Assembly (NCBI GenBank): GCA_018003315.1
Contig: JAGNEJ010000015.1
Coordinates: 1,576 to 65,575, forward strand
DNA length: 64,000 nt
Reading direction: 5' to 3'
From: Verrucomicrobiales bacterium
Lineage (GTDB): Bacteria > Verrucomicrobiota > Verrucomicrobiia > Verrucomicrobiales > V1-33
The notes under the pieces were generated by a model. It was given only the letters and a program-made list of their open reading frames with translations, was not told the DNA's origin and made no database searches. A program made the translations under genes and the position numbers. Positions 1 to 10,006 of this stretch are shown here, piece by piece (position 1 is the first letter of the stretch; each line of letters opens with the position of its first letter).

Positions 1-278
1 GTCAGGAGGAAAGGGTGACTGGCATCTCATGCACTGGCCCCGCAGAGTCCACGGTGGACTTCCGCCCGCAGGCACCCCCGTGGGGCCTGTGCTCCGACCT
101 GCGGACTTCTGGTGCGGGTGGAATGTCCGGAATGTTCACGACGGACGGGAACGCATGCCCGCAGGTGCACGAACGGATGGCGGAAACGGCATGGGAGGGC
201 GGAATTTTCCGATGCGTGATTTCCCTGTTGTCAGGCGGTGCGGGGACGGTAGTGTCCGGGCTCGAATTCCGAGATCCC

Positions 279-350
279 GCACGGATAGCTCAGCGGTAGA
301 GCGCCTGTCTTACACACAGGTGGCCGGGGGTTCGAATCCCTCTCCGTGCA
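279..350 (+). tRNA. tRNA-Val (anticodon TAC)
   Basis: Cloverleaf read by eye: acceptor GCACGGA/TCCGTGC, D-arm GCTC-AGCGGTA-GAGC, anticodon stem CCTGT/ACAGG with loop CTTACAC, T-arm GGGGG-TTCGAAT-CCCTC. No encoded CCA. Confidence 0.9.
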
Positions 351-372
351 CCTCCCGCCCCCACCCCAAATC

Positions 373-1137
373 ATGTCGGAAGCCATTCTGGAAATCGCCC
401 GTCTGCGGCGCACCTTCGGGAGGCAGGTGGCGGTGGACGGCCTGAACCTGACGGTGCGCCGGGGGGAGGTGGTGGGGTTGCTCGGGGCCAACGGTGCTGG
501 AAAAACCACGGTCATGGGCAGTGTGCTGGGCCTCGTGAAACCGACCGGCGGCAGCATTCGCGTCTTTGGTCTGGATCCTTTCCACGACCGCATCGCGGTG
601 CTGCGGCGGCTCAATTCCTCCTCCGCCTACAGCGACCTGCCGGCAAACCTGCTGGTCTGGCAAAACCTGCTGGTGTTTGCAAAAATCTACGGAGTCCGGC
701 AGGCCAGAAAAAAATCAGACATGCTGCTGGAGTTGTTTGAAATTTCGCACCTGAGAAACCGGGTCACCGGGCATTTGTCCGCCGGTGAAAGCACCCGGCT
801 GCACCTGTGCAAGGCGCTCATCAACGACCCGGAGTTGCTGCTGCTGGACGAACCGACGGCGAGCCTGGATCCTGACATTGCCGACAAGGTGCGCAAGATC
901 GTGCGCCGGGTGCAGCGGGAGCGGAACATCGGCATTCTCTACACCTCGCACAACATGAGGGACATCGAGGAGGTGTGCGACCGTGTCATTTTCATGCATC
1001 GCGGGAAAGTGGTCACGGAAGGAACGCCGCAGGAGGTCATCGACCGCTTCCAGCAGACGAGCATGGAGGATGTTTTCATCCGCATCGTGCGGGGCGGCGA
1101 CCTCGAGGACGCGGAGCAGGCCGCCGCCACACCATGA
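373..1137 (+). CDS. ABC transporter ATP-binding protein (ABC-2 type exporter ATPase)
   Basis: ORF 346..1137 trimmed to the ATG giving MSEAILEI. Walker A GANGAGKTT, ABC signature LSAGES, Walker B LLLLDEPT. Its stop overlaps the next start (ATGA). Confidence 0.9.
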   Translation: MSEAILEIARLRRTFGRQVAVDGLNLTVRRGEVVGLLGANGAGKTTVMGSVLGLVKPTGGSIRVFGLDPFHDRIAVLRRLNSSSAYSDLPANLLVWQNLLVFAKIYGVRQARKKSDMLLELFEISHLRNRVTGHLSAGESTRLHLCKALINDPELLLLDEPTASLDPDIADKVRKIVRRVQRERNIGILYTSHNMRDIEEVCDRVIFMHRGKVVTEGTPQEVIDRFQQTSMEDVFIRIVRGGDLEDAEQAAATP

Positions 1138-1931
1138 ATCCACGGGTCGTTTTTGCACTGGTGCTCCGGCACCTATTTCTCTATGGCCGGAACTGGGTCC
1201 GGCTGGTGGAACTGTTTTTCTGGCCGACCATGGAGCTGCTGGTCTGGGGCAGTCTGACGCTGTTTCTGGGAAGTTCCGGCGACGCCCGCGCCCCGCAGTT
1301 TGTGGCCTATCTCATCGGCGGGGTCATTTTCTGGGACATCCTCTTCCGCTCACAGCAGGCGGTGGCCATTTCCTTTCTGGAGGATGTGTGGACAAAGAAC
1401 CTGATGAACATTTTCGTGGCCCCCGTGCGGCCCTCGGAATACGTGGCCGCCGGCCTGGTGGTGGGCATTCTGCGCACCGGCATCACCGTCACCCTGCTCA
1501 CGATCCTGGCTGCGGTGAACTATCATTTCGACCTCTTCCAGCTTCAATTCAGCCTCATTCCGTTTTTTGGAAACCTGCTGATTTTTGGCTGGTCGCTGGG
1601 CATGATTTCCTCCGCGCTGATCCTGCGCTGGGGCCAGGCGGCGGAGTCGCTGGCGTGGGCGGTTCCGTTTCTCATTCAGCCCGCAGCCTGTGTTTTTTAC
1701 CCGCTGAGCACCCTGCCGGAATGGGCGCAGGGAATCGGCAAAGCGCTGCCGTGCACCCATGTGTTCGAGGGAATGCGGGCGGCGCTCGACGGCAAGGCGT
1801 TCGACTGGGGGCAAATGGGCGTCTCCCTGGCGCTCAACGCGGTGTGGCTGGCGTTTGCCGCCGGTCTGTATGCCTGGGTGCTGGAAAGCGGACGCCGCCG
1901 CGGCATGCTGACGCGCGTGACCAGTCATTGA
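1134..1931 (+). CDS. ABC-2 type transporter permease
   Basis: In-frame ATG (MNPRVVFALVLRHLF) inside ORF 975..1931, overlapping the ATPase stop. About six hydrophobic segments. Typical partner of the upstream ATPase. Confidence 0.8.
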   Translation: MNPRVVFALVLRHLFLYGRNWVRLVELFFWPTMELLVWGSLTLFLGSSGDARAPQFVAYLIGGVIFWDILFRSQQAVAISFLEDVWTKNLMNIFVAPVRPSEYVAAGLVVGILRTGITVTLLTILAAVNYHFDLFQLQFSLIPFFGNLLIFGWSLGMISSALILRWGQAAESLAWAVPFLIQPAACVFYPLSTLPEWAQGIGKALPCTHVFEGMRAALDGKAFDWGQMGVSLALNAVWLAFAAGLYAWVLESGRRRGMLTRVTSH

Positions 1932-1938
1932 TTCTGCC

Positions 1939-2460
1939 ATGAAAATTGCCGTGCTCAGCGACATCCACGACCACCTCCACCACCTGGCTGCGGTGCTGCA
2001 GCGCGTCCGGCAGGGCGGGGCGCAGCGCCTGCTGTTCCTGGGCGATTTCTGTGCGCCGTTCACCCTGGCGGAGCTGGCAGCGGGCTTTTCCGGACCCATC
2101 GATGCCGTGCTCGGCAACAACGACGGCGACCCGCTGCTGCTCAGCCGGATTGCCGCGCAGCATGACCGCGTCACGCTGCATGGCCAGTTTGCGGAGCTGG
2201 AACTGGATGGGAAAAAAATCGCCCTGAACCACTATCCTGACATTGCGCGGCGATTGGCCGAAAGCCAGGCGTTCGATGCCGTTTTCAGCGGGCATGACCA
2301 CCGGCGGTATGTCCATGCGGTCGGCCGGACGCTGTGGGCGAATCCCGGGGAAATCATGGGCCGCTTCGGCACGGTGAGCTTCGGCTGGCATGAGACGCAG
2401 AGCGGCGCGTTCACCCACGAAATCGTGGTGACGGGCGACGGGAGCGTCAGCACTCAATGA
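1939..2460 (+). CDS. metallophosphoesterase (YfcE/MJ0936-like phosphodiesterase)
   Basis: 173 aa with the calcineurin-like metal-binding motif series: SDIHD, GDFC, GNNDGD, GHDH. Confidence 0.8.
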   Translation: MKIAVLSDIHDHLHHLAAVLQRVRQGGAQRLLFLGDFCAPFTLAELAAGFSGPIDAVLGNNDGDPLLLSRIAAQHDRVTLHGQFAELELDGKKIALNHYPDIARRLAESQAFDAVFSGHDHRRYVHAVGRTLWANPGEIMGRFGTVSFGWHETQSGAFTHEIVVTGDGSVSTQ

Positions 2461-3832
2461 CATTGACGGCCAGTCCGCCGCGCGAGGTTTCCTTGTATTT
2501 CGTGCTCATGTCCGCACCGGTTTCGCGCATGGTTTGTATGACCTTGTCGAGTGAAACGCGGTGGGTGCCGTCGCCGCGCAGGGCCAGGCGGGCGGCATTG
2601 ATCGCCTTCACCGCGCCCATGGCATTGCGTTCGATGCACGGCACCTGCACCAGTCCGCCGATGGGGTCGCAGGTGAGTCCGAGGTTGTGCTCCATGCCGA
2701 TTTCCGCCGCGTTTTCCACCTGGGCAGCGGTGCCGCCGAGCACTTCGCACAGCGCCCCCGCCGCCATGGAACAGGCCACTCCCACTTCCCCCTGACAGCC
2801 GACTTCCGCCCCGGAAAGCGAGGCGTTGAGCTTGTAAAGAATGCCGATGGCTCCGGCCGTGAGCAGGAAGCGCACGATTTTTTCCTCGCTGGCACTGCCG
2901 CAAACCCTGACAAAATAGTGCAGCACTGCGGGAATGATGCCGGCGGCTCCGTTGGTCGGCGCGGTGACGACCCGTCCGCCGGCGGCGTTTTCCTCATTCA
3001 CCGCCATCGCCCACAGGCTGACCCAGTCCAGGGTGGTCAGGGGATCGCGCAGCGCCGCCTGCGGATGGGAGTTGAGTTCCCGGAAAATCCCCGGCGCCCT
3101 GCGCGGCACTTTCAATGGTCCCGGCAGCAGCCCGCGGCCGTGGCAGCCGCGTTCGACGCACTGCTGCATCGCTTCCCAGACGCGGAGCAGCCCGGCACGG
3201 GTGGCTTCCGCGCTGCGCCGGCATGATTCGTTCTGCAGGGTCATTTCGCTGACGCTCAGGCCGGATGCCGCGGCCATTTCCAGCATCTGCGCCCCGCTGG
3301 AGAAGGGAAACGGCAGGTCCGTGACCAGCCGTTCTTTCCCGGCCGACTCCTGCTGGCTGCCATCCACCACAAATCCGCCCCCGACGCTCAAATAGGTTTT
3401 TTCCAGCAGCACCGCACCGGCGGCATCGAACGCGGCAAAGCGCATGCCGTTAGGGTGTCCCGGCAGCGATTCCGTGCGGTGAAACGCCAGATCTTCCGCC
3501 TCCGCGAAGACCACCTCCCTGACATTTGCCAGGCGCAGCCGTCCGCCGGAACGCACTGCCGCCACCCGGGCGGGAACGGAATCCACAGCCACGGACTCCG
3601 GCGTCTCCCCCTCCAGCCCCAGCAGCACGGCCACGTCCGTGCCGTGGCCTTTTCCCGTCAGGGCCAGCGATCCATACAGATGGGCCTGAACCCGCGCCGT
3701 CTTTTCCAGCACTCCCAGCCTCTCCAGCGTCCGGACAAACCGGTCCGCCGCCCGCATCGGACCGACGGTGTGCGAACTGCTGGGGCCGATGCCGATGGTG
3801 AAGAGATCAAGAACGCTGACAGCGGGGACCAT
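2447..3832 (-). CDS. sdaA: L-serine ammonia-lyase (iron-sulfur dependent, single chain)
   Basis: ORF 2447..3919 trimmed to [29 protein letters not shown], a characteristic SdaA N-terminus. Length of about 461 aa and the C-terminal alpha-domain motifs ([18 protein letters not shown]) also fit. Confidence 0.9.
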   Translation of the reverse strand: MVPAVSVLDLFTIGIGPSSSHTVGPMRAADRFVRTLERLGVLEKTARVQAHLYGSLALTGKGHGTDVAVLLGLEGETPESVAVDSVPARVAAVRSGGRLRLANVREVVFAEAEDLAFHRTESLPGHPNGMRFAAFDAAGAVLLEKTYLSVGGGFVVDGSQQESAGKERLVTDLPFPFSSGAQMLEMAAASGLSVSEMTLQNESCRRSAEATRAGLLRVWEAMQQCVERGCHGRGLLPGPLKVPRRAPGIFRELNSHPQAALRDPLTTLDWVSLWAMAVNEENAAGGRVVTAPTNGAAGIIPAVLHYFVRVCGSASEEKIVRFLLTAGAIGILYKLNASLSGAEVGCQGEVGVACSMAAGALCEVLGGTAAQVENAAEIGMEHNLGLTCDPIGGLVQVPCIERNAMGAVKAINAARLALRGDGTHRVSLDKVIQTMRETGADMSTKYKETSRGGLAVNVIEC

Positions 3833-4005
3833 GCGCAAGATTCCGGCAGGCTTCAGGATTCGGCAACCCTGCGGTGCGGAAATTCCGCCGGGAGGGACTT
3901 CCCGGCCCCCTGGAAACACGGAACCGGCTGCACCCCCGCAGAACGGCGTTGCGCGGATACCGCGACCCGCTACGTTGGCCGTCCTTTTTCACCTTTTCTC
4001 ATTCC

Positions 4006-5025
4006 ATGAAACTCGCCTCGTTCTGCATGATGGGCTTCGCCGCCCTGGTTTCGCTGGCCGGCAGCGGCTGCCAGGGTCTGGTGGCTGGCGGCGCCCAGCC
4101 GGTTCCTGAAATCGGAGCACCAGTCCCGGGCATTGCCAGCTATGTGGTGGTGGACATTCACGACCGGAAGGTGGTGCTGGCCCATGCCGCAGACCAGCGG
4201 CGCAGCGTGGCCAGCCTGACAAAAATCGCCACTGGGGTGGTGACCCTCGACAGCATCGCCGCCCTGCACGGCCGGCTGGATGAGGCCCTGATGGTTCCGA
4301 ACAGCGTGGTGGCACTCGGCCCCAGTGCCCTGGGCCTGCAGCCTGGCGACCAGATGTCGGTGCGCGATGCTCTTTACTGCGCGCTGATGGCGTCCGACAA
4401 CGCCGCGGCGGAAGCCCTCGCGGTGCATGTGGGGTCCAAGATCGTCACCATGCCCAATTTCCAGGGCCAGGACCCCCGGACGGCCTTCGTTGGCCAGATG
4501 AATGCCCTGGCGGCAAAACTCGGCATGGGGAACACAAAATTCACCAACCCGCACGGCCTGGAACTGGGCGCCGCAGGCTATTCCACCGCAGCCGACATGG
4601 CCCGGCTGGCGATGAACGCCATCAACCGCGGCGACTTCAATTTCTTTGTCAGTCAGAAGGAGCGCCGGGTCAGCTACCGCAGCGGCGGAGCGGCGAAATC
4701 GTTCATTGTCAAAAACACCAACGAGCTGCTGGGGATCAGCCGGATTGACGGCGTGAAAACGGGGACCACCCGGATGGCCGGTCCCTGTCTCATTGTCACC
4801 GCGCCGCGTCCGGCCACGGTGGTGCCGCAGGCGGACGGTTCCACGCTGGTGGTGCCGCACCGGCTGGTGGTCGTGGAACTGGCGGCGGCAGACCGGTTCA
4901 ATCAGGCCCGGAATTTGCTCGCCCAGGGCTGGGCTGCCTACGACGCCTGGCACGCAGCGGGCCGCACCGTTTCTTCTGCCGGAGAACTGCTGACCGAACC
5001 CCAGCCTGCGGCGCCCGCCAGATAG
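4006..5025 (+). CDS. D-alanyl-D-alanine carboxypeptidase (serine peptidase S11, PBP5/6-like) with lipoprotein-type signal
   Basis: In-frame start MKLASFCMMGFAALVSLAGSGC. Active-site motifs SxxK (SLTK), SxN (SDN) and KTG (KTGTT). Confidence 0.8.
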   Translation: MKLASFCMMGFAALVSLAGSGCQGLVAGGAQPVPEIGAPVPGIASYVVVDIHDRKVVLAHAADQRRSVASLTKIATGVVTLDSIAALHGRLDEALMVPNSVVALGPSALGLQPGDQMSVRDALYCALMASDNAAAEALAVHVGSKIVTMPNFQGQDPRTAFVGQMNALAAKLGMGNTKFTNPHGLELGAAGYSTAADMARLAMNAINRGDFNFFVSQKERRVSYRSGGAAKSFIVKNTNELLGISRIDGVKTGTTRMAGPCLIVTAPRPATVVPQADGSTLVVPHRLVVVELAAADRFNQARNLLAQGWAAYDAWHAAGRTVSSAGELLTEPQPAAPAR

Positions 5026-5066
5026 GTTTCATTTTTTTTCACCAGTCATTCTTCCTTCAATCATCC

Positions 5067-6158
5067 ATGTCTCACCAAAAAACCATCGGCATCTTAAACA
5101 GCGGGGGCGACTGCCCGGGACTCAATGCAGTACTGCACGGCGTGGTCGGCGCAGCCACCCAGAATGAATGGAAAGTAATCGGTTTCCGCGATGGTTTCGA
5201 GGGGCTGCTCCCGCCGGGAGACTACATGCCGCTGGACATGAAATCGACCGTCGGCATTTTAAAACTGGGAGGAACCATTCTCGGCACGGTCAATGAAGGA
5301 AATTTCGCCGGGAAAACCGCAGATGGAAAGGTCTCCATCATCCCTCCGGAAAACATCATCAAGGCCAAAAAAACCCTCCAGCAGGAAAACGTCAGTGCGC
5401 TGATTGTGGTGGGCGGCGATGGGTCACTAACCACCGCCCTGCAGCTGCTCGAAGCGGGCATTCCGGTCGTGGGCGTCCCCAAAACCATCGACAACGACAT
5501 CCAGGCGACCGCGATGACCTTCGGGTTCTATTCGGCGGTGCACACCGTGGTGGATGCGTTGGAACGACTGCACACCACCGCTGACAGCCACAAACGCGTC
5601 TTGGTGCTGGAAGTCATGGGGCGGGATGCGGGCTGGATTGCCTTGCATAGCGGCATCGCCGGCGGTGCGGACATCATTTTGCTTCCTGAAATCGGTTTTA
5701 CCTTTGAAGCGGTGGCCAACAAGGTGATGGAGCGTTCCGCCCACGGGCAGCACAGCACGCTCATTGTGGTCGCCGAGGGGGTGAAGCAGCCCGGAACTGA
5801 CAAGCCGTTTTACCGAGAAACCAGCGAGACCCGCGAACATCGACTGGGCGGTGCCGGGGAAGCCGTGGCCAAGGAAGTGCAGCGCCTCTCCGGAAAACCC
5901 ACGCGCGCCTGCGTGTTGGGTCATTTGCAGCGGGGCGGTGCCCCCACGGCGCTCGACCGCATTCTGGGCGTGCGTTTCGGCGTGAAGGCGGTGGACCTCA
6001 TCAAGGAGGGCAAATTCGGCCACATGGTGAGCTATCAATCCTATGTGGTGAATTCGGTCCTCATAAAAAAAGCGGTTGCACAAACCAAGAAGGTCAAGGC
6101 CGATGACGAAATCGTGAGGGCCGCCCGGGCCATCGGCATCTCCTTCGGGGACAAGTAG
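5067..6158 (+). CDS. pfkA: 6-phosphofructokinase (ATP- or PPi-dependent not resolved)
   Basis: N-terminal GILNSGGDCPGLNAV, plus GGDGS, PKTIDND and MGRDAGW motifs of the PFK family. 363 aa. Confidence 0.85.
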   Translation: MSHQKTIGILNSGGDCPGLNAVLHGVVGAATQNEWKVIGFRDGFEGLLPPGDYMPLDMKSTVGILKLGGTILGTVNEGNFAGKTADGKVSIIPPENIIKAKKTLQQENVSALIVVGGDGSLTTALQLLEAGIPVVGVPKTIDNDIQATAMTFGFYSAVHTVVDALERLHTTADSHKRVLVLEVMGRDAGWIALHSGIAGGADIILLPEIGFTFEAVANKVMERSAHGQHSTLIVVAEGVKQPGTDKPFYRETSETREHRLGGAGEAVAKEVQRLSGKPTRACVLGHLQRGGAPTALDRILGVRFGVKAVDLIKEGKFGHMVSYQSYVVNSVLIKKAVAQTKKVKADDEIVRAARAIGISFGDK

Positions 6159-6166
6159 CCGACGCC

Positions 6167-7138
6167 ATGCGCATTCTTTCCGGCCTCCAGCCGTCGGGGC
6201 GGCTGCACCTCGGCAACTATTTCGGGATGATGGAACCCGCCCTGCGCCTCCAGCGGGAAGGAGATGCCTTTTACTTCATTGCCGACTATCATTCCCTGAC
6301 ATCCGTGCAGGACCCAAAAGTGCTGCGCGAAAACTCGCTGCATCTGGCCATCGATTTTCTGGCCTGCGGCCTGGATCCGGCGCGGGCCACGTTTTTCCTG
6401 CAGAGCGACGTGCCGGAAGTAACCGAGTTGACGTGGATTCTCAGCACGGTGACGCCGCTGCCCATGCTGGAAAACTGCCACTCCTACAAGGACAAGATCG
6501 CCCGGGGAATCAAGCCTTCCCACGGGCTGTTTTCCTATCCAGTGCTGATGGCTGCGGACATCCTCATCTATGACAGCGACGTGGTGCCAGTGGGCCGCGA
6601 CCAGAAGCAGCATGTCGAGGTGGCCCGCGACATCGCCGGCACCATGAACCGCCTCTTTGGCGAAGGCACGCTGAAGATGCCCGAACCCCGCATCCAGGAG
6701 GACACCGCCGTAGTCCCGGGCACCGACGGCGAAAAAATGAGCAAGAGCTACCACAACATTCTCGCCATCTTTGAGGAAGAAAAGGCCCTGCGGAAAAAGG
6801 TCATGGGCATCAAGACGGATTCCGCCCCCGTGGAGGCGCCCAAGGACCCTGCCACTTCGCTCATCGTCAAACTGTTCCGCTTGGTGGCCCCGGCGGAAGC
6901 CGTGCGCCGGATGGAGGAAGATTTCCGCGCCGGAGGCGTGGGCTACGGTGATTTTAAGAAGCGCCTGTTCGAGGCCATTTGGACGCGGTTCGAGCCGGAA
7001 CGCAAGAAACGTGCGGAACTGGAAGCCGCTCCGGACCAGGTGCGGGCAGTCCTCAAGCACGGCGCGGAAAAGGCACGGCACGAGGCGCGGCGGGTGCTGG
7101 ATCGCGTGAAAGCCGCCGTCGGACTCGGCGGATTTTGA
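6167..7138 (+). CDS. trpS: tryptophan--tRNA ligase
   Basis: Class I aaRS motifs: HLGN (HIGH variant) in MRILSGLQPSGRLHLGNYFG, and KMSKS. Length 323 aa. Confidence 0.95.
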   Translation: MRILSGLQPSGRLHLGNYFGMMEPALRLQREGDAFYFIADYHSLTSVQDPKVLRENSLHLAIDFLACGLDPARATFFLQSDVPEVTELTWILSTVTPLPMLENCHSYKDKIARGIKPSHGLFSYPVLMAADILIYDSDVVPVGRDQKQHVEVARDIAGTMNRLFGEGTLKMPEPRIQEDTAVVPGTDGEKMSKSYHNILAIFEEEKALRKKVMGIKTDSAPVEAPKDPATSLIVKLFRLVAPAEAVRRMEEDFRAGGVGYGDFKKRLFEAIWTRFEPERKKRAELEAAPDQVRAVLKHGAEKARHEARRVLDRVKAAVGLGGF

Positions 7139-7143
7139 ACCGG

Positions 7144-8676
7144 TCAGGCGGTGGGCTGTCCGGATGGAACGATGATTTCCTCCTCGCGGTGGAAGGAACT
7201 GCGGGACATCAGCAGCACCATGGAAAGCGGCGCATACACCGCACCCGCGAGCAGCGCAGTCAGGGATCCCGGCAGTTTCGTCTCGCCATTTTCCGGAAGG
7301 CCCAGCAGCGTCCGGATGTGCTCCCACGGCGTCTGGAGCAGCGTCCAGACGGTGCTGGATGCCAGCGCAGTGAACAGCAGCAACGCCAGCCACCAGCCCG
7401 CTTTCAGCCTCCAGGAAACCAGCAGGGCGGCGAGAACACACCCCGCCACTGCCCCGGCGGAAAGCATCCTGGCAGTTTCTCCGGTCACCAGTTGACCCAA
7501 GGCCGGAAAAACTCCCGGAAAAAAGAGCGCTCCGGCGAGGACGGCCACGGCAAGACAGGACAGCCAGAGCATGACCGCCGGCTCCGTTAGGGAATCGGTC
7601 CAGCGGATTTTGGGGTCCGCCAGGTGGCAGACCCGCGGCAGATGGCGACGCTGGTAAATGGCAATGTAAACCAGGGGAAGCGCCACCCCGCATCCTGCCG
7701 CCCAGCCGATGCCCCGCAGAATTCCGCGCAAGGCATCCTTCTGGGTCAATGCCGGAGGAGCCAGGAAGAAAAACCCCGCAGAAGCGACCGCCAGGATCAT
7801 GAGCACGCTGATGGCTGCCAGCCAGCCTCCCGCATGCACCACCGGCAGTGCCCAGCGGCGGCGGCGCAATGATCCCACTCCGGCCGCGGTCAGCGCCAGC
7901 ACTGGCCACGCTGCCAGCCAAATCCACATGGCGGACACATGCAGGCCGGGTTTCCGGTGCTTTGCAGGCTCCAGCAGCGCCTCGATAAGCGGCCTGCCGA
8001 CGAACCATGCCAGCAGCGCGGCGAGTCCCACCAGACCCGCGCCGCCCACCACCAGGCCCAGGCCTCGGGAGCGCAGTTTTTCGTCCGGAATGTCCACCGG
8101 AGCCGCAGCCAGATCAGCGGAAGAGGGTGCCGTAAACGGTGCTTTCAGGGACACAGGCGGACTGCCGCCTCCCGTTTCCGTTTCCACTGTGCCCAGCAGC
8201 AGGATTTCCTCCGGTGCGGCCGTGGCGGTTTCTTCCGTCACCGGCGGCTCCTCATGGAAGGAATCCGGCGGAGTTGGCAGCGAGGAGTCCTGAAGCAGGC
8301 TTGCTTCCGCCAATGCCGCCTCCTCAGCCCCGGCGGCATCACCCGGAGCCTCTGCGATGGAAATTTCCTCCACCAGCATGTCAGAAGTCACCTCCATAAT
8401 GGCAGCCTCCTCCGCAGCGGCCGCGGGCGCTTCGCTGTGCTCCGTCTGCATGGAAGCGGTGAGCTGCCGCAGGGAAACGTTCCCGGCAGGGGCGGGCGCG
8501 GTCAGATGTGCGGCAATCCCGCGCAATTGGGCAAAGGCACCCGGCGATTCCACCGGCGGCGCGGACGCTGGGAATGCCGGTGACTCCGCCGCGGGTGAGC
8601 CGCGCTCCACTTCCTCCAGCAGTCCGAGGAGATTGGGGAAGGGGGAAATGTTCGGGATGGGTTCGGAGGAAGACAT
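7144..8676 (-). CDS. hypothetical polytopic membrane protein with acidic/Ala-Pro-rich N-terminal half
   Basis: ORF 7144..8766 trimmed to the ATG giving MSSSEPIPN. The C-terminal half has eight or more hydrophobic helices. No family recognised. Confidence 0.55.
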   Translation of the reverse strand: MSSSEPIPNISPFPNLLGLLEEVERGSPAAESPAFPASAPPVESPGAFAQLRGIAAHLTAPAPAGNVSLRQLTASMQTEHSEAPAAAAEEAAIMEVTSDMLVEEISIAEAPGDAAGAEEAALAEASLLQDSSLPTPPDSFHEEPPVTEETATAAPEEILLLGTVETETGGGSPPVSLKAPFTAPSSADLAAAPVDIPDEKLRSRGLGLVVGGAGLVGLAALLAWFVGRPLIEALLEPAKHRKPGLHVSAMWIWLAAWPVLALTAAGVGSLRRRRWALPVVHAGGWLAAISVLMILAVASAGFFFLAPPALTQKDALRGILRGIGWAAGCGVALPLVYIAIYQRRHLPRVCHLADPKIRWTDSLTEPAVMLWLSCLAVAVLAGALFFPGVFPALGQLVTGETARMLSAGAVAGCVLAALLVSWRLKAGWWLALLLFTALASSTVWTLLQTPWEHIRTLLGLPENGETKLPGSLTALLAGAVYAPLSMVLLMSRSSFHREEEIIVPSGQPTA

Positions 8677-8762
8677 GCGGGCAGCGGCGTGAAAATGGGT
8701 TCGCCTGGCGGCTGCCGCAACCGGGTTTCCATCCCTTTCCGCGCAGGGCACAGCCGGGCGAA

Positions 8763-9581
8763 TCACGCGGTGGCAACGGCGTAAATGCTGACGCCGCGTT
8801 GCGCACAGAGGCGGCGCACTTCCTCCATGTCCAGCAGCAGGGTGCGGTGCGCCTCAATGGCAAGGACCCTCACCCCCGCACCGGCGCACACCTCCACCGT
8901 CACCGGACCGACCACCGGCACGTCAAAGCGGAAATCCTGATTCGGCTTGCTCACTTTGGCGGCCGTCGCTCCGCCTTTTCCCAGTGCGCCGCCCCGCCGG
9001 ATGCATTCGTTCGTCCCTTCAAACGCCTCCACCGCGAGCACCGTGCCCTTTTTCACCACCACGGTCTGCCCGATGTCCAGCCGGCTTGTTTCTTTCGCAA
9101 TCGATATCCCATAGGCCGCATCCGCCAGGTCTTTTTCCTTGAGCACCGGACCACAGACGGGACCGGGCGGCGGCAGCAGGTCATCCAGATACGTCACCGC
9201 CGAAATCAGGGTGATCCCGTCCTTCGCCAGTTCCTCCCCGATGGCTCCAAAAATGGTCTCCGCATTGCGCCGCTTCAGCCGCCCTAGCAGCATCAGGGTG
9301 CGCAGGTCCGGACGCAGGTCGAACAGGTTTTTTGGAGCGATCTGGCCCACCATCACCGCCTGCTCCACGGCCTGCTGCTTGAAAAATTTCACCAGCTTTC
9401 CCAACTGCCCCACCCGCATCCATTCCAGGGCGTCCACCGCCTCGGCCAGTGCCGGATCGGTTTCATTCAGGAATGCTGCCGCAGCGATTTTCCCCACGCC
9501 GGCCTTGCGGGCGGCGTGGGCCATGGTGACCGGGTAAATGCCGTTTCCCGCGATGATGCCCAGCGTCGGCGGCGCTTCCAT
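8763..9581 (-). CDS. lpxI: LpxI-family protein (DUF1009; UDP-2,3-diacylglucosamine pyrophosphatase-like)
   Basis: 272 aa. N-terminal LGIIAGNGIYP and C-terminal DIGQTVVVKKGTVLAVEAFEGTNECIRRGG resemble LpxI/DUF1009 as I remember it. Confidence 0.65.
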   Translation of the reverse strand: MEAPPTLGIIAGNGIYPVTMAHAARKAGVGKIAAAAFLNETDPALAEAVDALEWMRVGQLGKLVKFFKQQAVEQAVMVGQIAPKNLFDLRPDLRTLMLLGRLKRRNAETIFGAIGEELAKDGITLISAVTYLDDLLPPPGPVCGPVLKEKDLADAAYGISIAKETSRLDIGQTVVVKKGTVLAVEAFEGTNECIRRGGALGKGGATAAKVSKPNQDFRFDVPVVGPVTVEVCAGAGVRVLAIEAHRTLLLDMEEVRRLCAQRGVSIYAVATA

Positions 9582-9590
9582 GGCCGCGCC

Positions 9591-9968
9591 TCAGCCGATT
9601 TGTGCCAGGTAGGCGGCCTCATCCATCAGCGCCTCCACCTGCGACGCGTCCGCCACTTTCAATTTAAACAGCCAGCCGTCACCATAAGGGGCGGTGTTCA
9701 CCAGGCTGGTCTCCCCGGCTGCCTTGGCATTCACTTCCACGATCTCTCCGTCCACCGGCGCGTAAATGTCACTGGCGGCCTTGACCGACTCCACGACGGC
9801 CACCGCCTCCTTTGCCTTCACCACCCGGCCCACCGACGGCAGCTCCAGGTAAACGACATCACCCAGCTCCGACTGGGCGTGCTCACTGATGCCCACGGTG
9901 GCGACGGCATCGCCCGTGGTGATCCATTCGTGGGAGGCGGCAAAGCGGAGATTGGCGGGTGCGGACAT
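9591..9968 (-). CDS. gcvH: glycine cleavage system protein H
   Basis: 125 aa with the lipoyl-lysine motif [21 protein letters not shown]. Lies directly downstream of gcvT. Confidence 0.95.
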   Translation of the reverse strand: MSAPANLRFAASHEWITTGDAVATVGISEHAQSELGDVVYLELPSVGRVVKAKEAVAVVESVKAASDIYAPVDGEIVEVNAKAAGETSLVNTAPYGDGWLFKLKVADASQVEALMDEAAYLAQIG

Positions 9969-10006
9969 GGCGGACTGGGTTGGAAATGGCTCTGATCAAA
10001 CGTGGT

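Noticed and set aside
1-60. RNase P RNA-like GAGGAAAG motif at the window start
   Set aside because: caggaggaaagggtgac superficially recalls the GAGGAAAGUCCGGGC core, but the adjoining conserved nucleotides and the 3' elements (ACAGAACCCGGCUUA-like) are absent.
6041-8008. 655-aa minus-strand ORF spanning trpS and the neighbouring membrane-protein gene
   Set aside because: It is antisense to the well-supported trpS (HIGH/KMSKS motifs). Its composition is Arg/Gly/Ala/Pro-rich junk typical of shadow ORFs in high-GC DNA, and no motifs were recognised.
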